Assembly: GCF_016026235.1 (NCBI RefSeq)
Contig: NZ_CP065613.1
Source: Escherichia coli
Lineage (GTDB): Bacteria > Pseudomonadota > Gammaproteobacteria > Enterobacterales > Enterobacteriaceae
Strand: one strand, 5' to 3'
Length of the DNA stretch: 64,000 bases
Shown here: piece after piece, positions 56,649 to 64,000 of the stretch
Layout: every line of letters begins with the position of its first letter
Numbering within the stretch: the first letter of the stretch is position 1
The notes under the pieces: model-generated
The model's database searches: none
Told to the model about the DNA's origin: nothing
The model's input: the letters and a program-made list of their open reading frames with translations, nothing else
Program-made: the position numbers and the translations under genes

Positions 56649-56677
56649 TTTGCATTTGTCATCGCCCGTATGCTTTC

Positions 56678-57004
56678 TTAGTCCCACCAAACGTCGAAAA
56701 GTTCGCTGGTGCGTACCTCATCCAGTTTGCGCTCTTCCAGCCACTTACGCACAATCGCCTGATGTTCTTCGGTGCATTTGCCGATTTCCTGCATGCAGAT
56801 CAGACCTTCCCAGGCCAGATAACCGCTGCCGTCAAAGGCCAGTTTGTTCGGTTCGATAACCTCGTTAATAAAATCATCAACGGTTTTATCAATCTGTTCT
56901 TCCGATGTACCTTCCGGGAATCGCCATGCCACCGAAAATCCTAATTCCTGGAATTCGTCGATGTGCATTTTTTTACGCAGACGACGGCTACGGTTCTTTG
57001 CCAT
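56678..57004 (-). CDS. yggL: DUF469 protein YggL
   Basis: ORF trimmed to [12 protein letters not shown]...; 108 aa. Confidence 0.88.
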   Translation of the reverse strand: MAKNRSRRLRKKMHIDEFQELGFSVAWRFPEGTSEEQIDKTVDDFINEVIEPNKLAFDGSGYLAWEGLICMQEIGKCTEEHQAIVRKWLEERKLDEVRTSELFDVWWD

Positions 57005-57723
57005 TATTTCACCCTCTCGAACATTAAGTCCCATACTCCGTGACCAAGACGATGACCACGTTGTTCAAATTTCGTCACCGGACGTGATGCCGGACGCGGT
57101 ACGTAATCATTGCTCTCTGACAGGTTTTTATAACCGTCAATAGAAGACATCACTTCAAGCATATGTTCCGCATAAGGTTCCCAGTCGGTCGCCATATGGA
57201 ATACGCCCCCCAGCTGCAGTTTGCTTTTTACCAGTTCGGCAAACGGCACCTGTACGATACGGCGTTTATTATGGCGCGCTTTGTGCCACGGGTCAGGGAA
57301 AAAGAGCTGCGCCATGCGCAATGAATTGTCAGGAATCATTTTATGCAGCACTTCAACCGCATCATGACACATCACTCGCAGGTTGCTTAAACCTTCTTCA
57401 TGCGCAGAAGCCAGGCACGCACCAACGCCCGGTGAATGCACTTCAATGCCGAGGAAGTCCTGCTCAGGGCGATCTTTAGCCATTGCCACCAGCGACGCCC
57501 CCATGCCAAAACCAATCTCAAGCGTCACCGGCGCTTCACGGCCAAAAAGCGCGGGGAAATCCAGCATATCTTCGCTGAACTCAACGCCCATCACCGGCCA
57601 GTAGTTTTCCAGCGCATGTTCCTGGCCTTTGGTCAGTCGCCCCTGGCGGCGCACAAAACTACGGATACGGCGCAGTGGGCGGCCGTTTTCATCAAATTCC
57701 GGTGAAATGACGTCGTTTTTCAT
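57004..57723 (-). CDS. trmB: tRNA (guanine-N7)-methyltransferase
   Basis: 239 aa. Confidence 0.93.
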   Translation of the reverse strand: MKNDVISPEFDENGRPLRRIRSFVRRQGRLTKGQEHALENYWPVMGVEFSEDMLDFPALFGREAPVTLEIGFGMGASLVAMAKDRPEQDFLGIEVHSPGVGACLASAHEEGLSNLRVMCHDAVEVLHKMIPDNSLRMAQLFFPDPWHKARHNKRRIVQVPFAELVKSKLQLGGVFHMATDWEPYAEHMLEVMSSIDGYKNLSESNDYVPRPASRPVTKFEQRGHRLGHGVWDLMFERVK

Positions 57724-57883
57724 AAAGATTTAGTCGCTTGTGAAAGTGTTCTGAAAACGGGCATTATCCAAAGTTAGTTGCCGGATGCAAGCATGATAAG
57801 GCCGTGGCTGCGGAAAGTTCCGGTTTACACCCTGCCGTCGCTGTGCTGCAATCTTGCCCCCAACAACAGTGAATTCGGTGACC

Positions 57884-58936
57884 ATGCAAGCGTCGCAATT
57901 TTCAGCCCAGGTTCTGGACTGGTACGATAAATACGGGCGAAAAACGCTGCCCTGGCAAATTGACAAGACGCCCTACAAAGTATGGCTCTCAGAAGTGATG
58001 TTGCAACAAACTCAGGTTGCGACCGTTATCCCCTATTTTGAACGCTTTATGGCGCGCTTCCCGACGGTGACCGATCTCGCCAATGCGCCGCTCGACGAAG
58101 TTCTCCACTTGTGGACCGGGCTTGGCTATTACGCCCGCGCGCGCAATCTGCATAAAGCGGCACAACAAGTGGCGACCTTACACGGCGGTAAATTCCCGGA
58201 AACCTTTGAAGAAGTCGCGGCGTTACCGGGCGTCGGGCGTTCCACCGCAGGCGCGATTCTCTCGCTTTCTCTGGGTAAGCACTTTCCGATTCTCGACGGT
58301 AACGTCAAACGCGTGCTGGCGCGCTGCTATGCTGTAAGCGGCTGGCCTGGGAAAAAAGAGGTCGAGAATAAATTATGGAGTTTAAGCGAGCAGGTGACGC
58401 CCGCGGTCGGCGTGGAACGGTTTAATCAGGCGATGATGGATTTGGGCGCGATGATTTGTACGCGCTCGAAACCGAAATGTTCGCTCTGTCCGCTACAAAA
58501 CGGATGTATTGCCGCCGCCAACAATAGCTGGTCGCTTTATCCGGGCAAAAAACCGAAACAGACGCTGCCGGAGCGCACCGGCTACTTTTTGCTATTACAG
58601 CACGAAGATGAAGTATTGCTGGCGCAGCGTCCGCCGAGCGGATTGTGGGGCGGTTTATACTGTTTCCCGCAGTTTGCCGACGAAGAAAGTTTGCGGCATT
58701 GGCTGGCGCAACGGCAGATTGCTGCCGATAACCTGACGCAGCTGACCGCGTTTCGCCATACTTTCAGCCATTTCCACTTAGATATTGTGCCTATGTGGCT
58801 TCCCGTGTCGTCATTCACCGGCTGCATGGATGAAGGCAATGCGCTCTGGTATAACTTAGCGCAACCGCCGTCAGTTGGCCTGGCGGCTCCCGTGGAGCGT
58901 TTGTTACAGCAGTTACGCACTGGCGCGCCGGTTTAG
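57884..58936 (+). CDS. mutY: Adenine DNA glycosylase
   Basis: ORF trimmed to [20 protein letters not shown]...; 350 aa; four-Cys Fe-S cluster loop. Confidence 0.93.
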   Translation: MQASQFSAQVLDWYDKYGRKTLPWQIDKTPYKVWLSEVMLQQTQVATVIPYFERFMARFPTVTDLANAPLDEVLHLWTGLGYYARARNLHKAAQQVATLHGGKFPETFEEVAALPGVGRSTAGAILSLSLGKHFPILDGNVKRVLARCYAVSGWPGKKEVENKLWSLSEQVTPAVGVERFNQAMMDLGAMICTRSKPKCSLCPLQNGCIAAANNSWSLYPGKKPKQTLPERTGYFLLLQHEDEVLLAQRPPSGLWGGLYCFPQFADEESLRHWLAQRQIAADNLTQLTAFRHTFSHFHLDIVPMWLPVSSFTGCMDEGNALWYNLAQPPSVGLAAPVERLLQQLRTGAPV

Positions 58937-58960
58937 CGCGTGAGTCGATAAAGAGGATGA

Positions 58961-59239
<279 letters not shown>

Positions 59240-59276
59240 AAACAGTGCCGGAGCACGCCTCCGGCAACTTGCATAA

Positions 59277-60383
<1,107 letters not shown>

Positions 60384-60584
60384 TTCCATTAACCGCCCCT
60401 GACGATGCTCAGGGGCAAAAATGTTATCCACATCACAATTTCGTTTTGCAAATTGGGAATGTTTGCAATTATTTGCCACAGGTAACAAAAAACCAGTCCG
60501 CGAAGTTGATAGAATCCCATCATCTCGCACGGTCAAATGTGCTTTTTCAAACACTCATCCGCATCACGATGTGAGGAAATTAAC

Positions 60585-61841
60585 ATGAATCTTAAGCTGC
60601 AGCTGAAAATCCTCTCTTTTCTGCAGTTCTGTCTGTGGGGAAGTTGGCTGACGACCCTCGGCTCCTATATGTTTGTTACCCTGAAGTTTGACGGTGCTTC
60701 TATTGGCGCAGTTTATAGCTCACTGGGTATCGCAGCGGTCTTTATGCCTGCGCTGCTGGGGATTGTGGCCGACAAATGGTTAAGTGCGAAATGGGTATAT
60801 GCCATTTGCCACACCATTGGCGCTATCACGCTGTTCATGGCGGCACAGGTCACGACACCGGAGGCGATGTTCCTTGTGATATTGATTAACTCGTTTGCTT
60901 ATATGCCAACGCTTGGGTTAATCAACACCATCTCTTACTATCGCCTGCAAAATGCCGGGATGGATATCGTTACTGACTTCCCGCCAATCCGTATCTGGGG
61001 CACCATCGGCTTTATCATGGCAATGTGGGTGGTGAGCCTGTCTGGCTTCGAATTAAGCCACATGCAGCTGTATATTGGCGCAGCACTTTCCGCCATTCTG
61101 GTTCTGTTTACCCTGACTCTGCCGCATATTCCGGTTGCTAAACAGCAAGCGAATCAGAGCTGGACAACCCTGCTGGGCCTCGATGCATTCGCGCTGTTTA
61201 AAAACAAGCGTATGGCAATCTTCTTTATCTTCTCAATGCTGCTGGGCGCGGAACTGCAGATTACCAACATGTTCGGTAATACCTTCCTGCACAGCTTCGA
61301 CAAAGATCCGATGTTTGCCAGCAGCTTTATTGTGCAGCATGCGTCAATCATCATGTCGATTTCGCAGATCTCTGAAACCCTGTTCATTCTGACCATCCCG
61401 TTCTTCTTAAGCCGTTACGGCATTAAGAACGTAATGATGATCAGTATCGTGGCGTGGATCCTGCGTTTTGCGCTGTTTGCTTACGGCGACCCGACTCCGT
61501 TCGGCACCGTACTGCTGGTTCTGTCGATGATTGTTTACGGCTGTGCGTTCGACTTCTTCAACATCTCTGGTTCGGTGTTTGTCGAAAAAGAAGTTAGCCC
61601 GGCTATTCGCGCCAGTGCGCAAGGGATGTTCCTGATGATGACCAACGGCTTCGGCTGTATCCTCGGGGGCATCGTGAGCGGTAAAGTGGTTGAGATGTAC
61701 ACCCCAAACGGCATTACCGACTGGCAGACCGTATGGTTGATTTTCGCTGGTTACTCCGTGGTTCTGGCCTTCGCGTTCATGGCGATGTTCAAATATAAAC
61801 ACGTTCGTGTCCCGACAGGTACACAGACGGTTAGCCACTAA
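60585..61841 (+). CDS. nupG: Nucleoside:H+ symporter
   Basis: ORF trimmed to MNLKLQLKILSF...; 418 aa. Confidence 0.93.
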   Translation: MNLKLQLKILSFLQFCLWGSWLTTLGSYMFVTLKFDGASIGAVYSSLGIAAVFMPALLGIVADKWLSAKWVYAICHTIGAITLFMAAQVTTPEAMFLVILINSFAYMPTLGLINTISYYRLQNAGMDIVTDFPPIRIWGTIGFIMAMWVVSLSGFELSHMQLYIGAALSAILVLFTLTLPHIPVAKQQANQSWTTLLGLDAFALFKNKRMAIFFIFSMLLGAELQITNMFGNTFLHSFDKDPMFASSFIVQHASIIMSISQISETLFILTIPFFLSRYGIKNVMMISIVAWILRFALFAYGDPTPFGTVLLVLSMIVYGCAFDFFNISGSVFVEKEVSPAIRASAQGMFLMMTNGFGCILGGIVSGKVVEMYTPNGITDWQTVWLIFAGYSVVLAFAFMAMFKYKHVRVPTGTQTVSH

Positions 61842-61851
61842 TTACGCAAAG

Positions 61852-61888
61852 AAAAACGGGTCGCCAGAAGGTGACCCGTTTTTTTTAT
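61852..61888. terminator. Bidirectional intrinsic terminator shared by the convergent nupG and speC
   Basis: Hairpin ACGGGTCGCCAGAAGGTGACCCGT flanked by an A-run and a T8 run. Confidence 0.7.
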
Positions 61889-61890
61889 TC

Positions 61891-62205
61891 TTACTTCAAC
61901 ACATAACCGTACAACCGTTTCATGCCATCCGCATCGGTTTCGCTATAAACACCTTGCAGCTCCGGCGAAAATCCCGGCAACAAATACACCCCTTCTTCCA
62001 GTGCAAGGAAATAACGTTGAACCGCCCCACCCCAGACTTCCCCGGGTACCACGCAAAGCACGCCAGGTGGATAAGGCAACGCCCCTTCTGCCGCAATTCG
62101 CCCTTCGGCATCACGAATCCGCACCAACTCCACGTCACCGCGAATATAAGGCAGTATGACTTTCCGTGAGACAGATGCTGGCCAACGTGGGATATTTAAC
62201 GCGGG
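61891..62205 (-). pseudogene. speC: 3' fragment of ornithine decarboxylase speC (about 80-100 C-terminal codons); upstream part displaced by an IS element
   Basis: Frame ends ...RIRDAEGRIAAEGALPYPPGVLCVVPGEVWGG...YGYVLK; native SpeC is about 711 aa; going upstream the frame hits a stop at 62206..62208 next to the IS. Confidence 0.65.
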
Positions 62206-63667
62206 TTAACATCGTTGTCAGAGCCGCATGGGTGAGCTGTTGCTACACCCCGGTATTTCCACCACGGAGGCCAGCATGAACAACAATAACACATTGTACG
62301 TCGGGTTAGATGTTCACAAAGAATCGATTACTGTCGCTTATGCTATCAATTCAGAACCTGTTGAACTGATGGGTAAAATTGGCACATCACCTACTGATAT
62401 TCAGAATCTTTGTAAACGTCTCAGGTCAAAGTCATCGCAGGTCAGTATCGTTTATGAAGCGGGGCCCTGTGGTTATGGACTTTATCGTCGGCTGGTGAAA
62501 TCCGGTTTTGACTGCATGGTCTGCGCCCCCTCACTTATCCCGAAAAAACCGGGGGAGCGGGTTAAAACCGATCGCCGTGATGCCATCAGACTTGTGCGTT
62601 CACTGCGTGCAGGAGATCTTTCTGCTGTCTACGTACCCGGCATTGAAGATGAGGCATTCCGGGATTTGGCCCGGGCATGGGCATCTGCCCGCGATGATTT
62701 ACGGCATGCAAGGCAACGTCTGAAATCGTTTCTTCTGGTTCATGGGGTCCATTATGTCGGGCGAGCAGATTGGGGCCCTGCACACCGACGCTGGCTCAGC
62801 AAATACTCATTCGAAAGTCCCTGGCGACAATTAGCTTTTGACGAACACCGTCGTACAATAGAAGACCGGCAGGCACAATGTGAACGGCTGGAATCCGCCC
62901 TGAAGGAGGCCGTTACCGAATGGAGGCTGTATCCGGTAGTAGAGGCGCTGCAAGCCATGCGAGGGATTCAGTTTATTACTGCGGTTGGATTAATTTCTGA
63001 ACTGGGTGATCTGACCCGTTTTGAACATCCACGACAACTGATGTCATGGTTTGGTATCACGCCATCAGAATATTCATCGGGTGGAAGCAGACATCAGGGC
63101 AGCATTACCAAAGCCGGAAACAGCTATGCCAGAAAGCTATTGGTCGAGGCAGCGTGGAGTTACCGTCATCCGGCACGCATCAGTCCGGCAATACAAAAAA
63201 GGCAGGAAAATTTACCCCGCCCCGTCATTGACAGAGCATGGGATGCTCAACTCAGGCTTTGTAAGAGGTATCGAAAACTTCAGGCCAAAGGAAAGAATGT
63301 CAATATTACAATTGTTGCTGTTGCACGTGAGCTGGCGGGTTTTATCTGGGATATGGGCCGAATAGCAATGTCTGTCGCACAACAACCACAATGTCACAAA
63401 TAAAAAATGAGAATAACCAGTTCCCTGAAGGCGACGTAGCCCGGTACAAGAGTAACCCACGTTAGCGCTTGGCGACGGCGGAACAAAGCTGATTCGCGAC
63501 GTAAGAAAGTGGCAGGCTCATATGACGGACCTCTGTAATGCGGTATCCAACCCGCGAATATCAGCGTGATTCACCGTCGGATTTACTGCTACGTCGCCCT
63601 CAGGGAATTAAACCTAAAAAGAAAATCGTCAAAATTAGAGATTCCGGTTTGACACGGAAAGTCATAT
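62206..63667 (+). mobile_element. IS110-family insertion sequence; both ends are approximate
   Basis: DEDD-type transposase ORF with no terminal inverted repeats; left junction lies between 62134 and 62227; right end not determinable from the sequence. Confidence 0.4.
62276..63403 (+). CDS. IS110-family (DEDD) transposase/recombinase
   Basis: ORF trimmed to ATG giving MNNNNTLYVGLDVHKESITVAY... (375 aa), GGAGG 6 nt upstream; typical IS110 N-terminus. Confidence 0.85.
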   Translation: MNNNNTLYVGLDVHKESITVAYAINSEPVELMGKIGTSPTDIQNLCKRLRSKSSQVSIVYEAGPCGYGLYRRLVKSGFDCMVCAPSLIPKKPGERVKTDRRDAIRLVRSLRAGDLSAVYVPGIEDEAFRDLARAWASARDDLRHARQRLKSFLLVHGVHYVGRADWGPAHRRWLSKYSFESPWRQLAFDEHRRTIEDRQAQCERLESALKEAVTEWRLYPVVEALQAMRGIQFITAVGLISELGDLTRFEHPRQLMSWFGITPSEYSSGGSRHQGSITKAGNSYARKLLVEAAWSYRHPARISPAIQKRQENLPRPVIDRAWDAQLRLCKRYRKLQAKGKNVNITIVAVARELAGFIWDMGRIAMSVAQQPQCHK

Positions 63668-64000
63668 CAGCATTACCAAAGCCGGAAACAGCTATGCCAG
63701 AAAGCTATTGGTCGAGGCAGCGTGGAGTTACCGTCATCCGGCACGCATCAGTCCGGCAATACAAAAAAGGCAGGAAAATTTACCCCGCCCCGTCATTGAC
63801 AGAGCATGGGATGCTCAACTCAGGCTTTGTAAGAGGTATCGAAAACTTCAGGCCAAAGGAAAGAATGTCAATATTACAATTGTTGCTGTTGCACGTGAGC
63901 TGGCGGGTTTTATCTGGGATATGGGCCGAATAGCAATGTCTGTCGCACAACAACCACAATGTCACAAATAAAAAATGAGAATAACCAGTTCCCTGAAGGC
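63668..64000 (+). mobile_element. Second, 5'-truncated copy of the same IS (3' third of the transposase gene plus 3' flank), running to the window edge
   Basis: 63668..64000 is identical to 63100..63432 (offset 568 bp); ORF 63708..63971 repeats the transposase C-terminus. Confidence 0.7.

Noticed and set aside
63538-63933. 131-aa ORF spanning the IS flank and the partial second IS copy
   Set aside because: It is out of frame with the transposase over the duplicated segment; the in-frame transposase C-terminus (63708..63971) explains the sequence better.

Overview
The window is an Escherichia coli-type chromosomal segment, syntenic with the K-12 serA-to-speC interval as I recall it (no database search was run). 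The conserved backbone is serA, rpiA, argP, the sbm/scpA-argK-scpB-scpC operon, ygfI, yggE, argO, mscS, fbaA, pgk, epd, yggC-yggD-yggF-yggP, cmtAB, tktA, loiP, speB, speA, yqgB, metK, galP, sprT, endA, rsmE, gshB, yqgE, ruvX, yggR-S-T-U, rdgB, hemW, yggM, ansB, yggN, yggL, trmB, mutY, yggX, mltC, nupG and the 3' end of speC. Gene calls rest on the supplied ORF track plus recognition of the protein sequences; starts were trimmed to the first plausible ATG with an upstream Shine-Dalgarno. Five regions depart from the K-12 order: (1) two tandem Ibs/Sib type I toxin-antitoxin repeat units at the left edge; (2) a 3.4-kb five-gene cluster between epd and yggC encoding a DUF296/PCC-like protein and an ECF-type transporter module, which is the best candidate for an uncharacterised system; (3) a 7.6-kb sigma-54-dependent mannose-family PTS island between loiP and speB, resembling the Salmonella dgaR-dgaABCDEF D-glucosaminate locus, with the dgaE-like gene frameshifted; (4) a lipoprotein gene between speA and speB; (5) an IS110-family element cutting off the 3' end of speC, followed by a second 5'-truncated copy of the same element. 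All K-12 comparisons are from memory and need alignment to confirm. REP/BIME clusters and several intrinsic terminators are also annotated.
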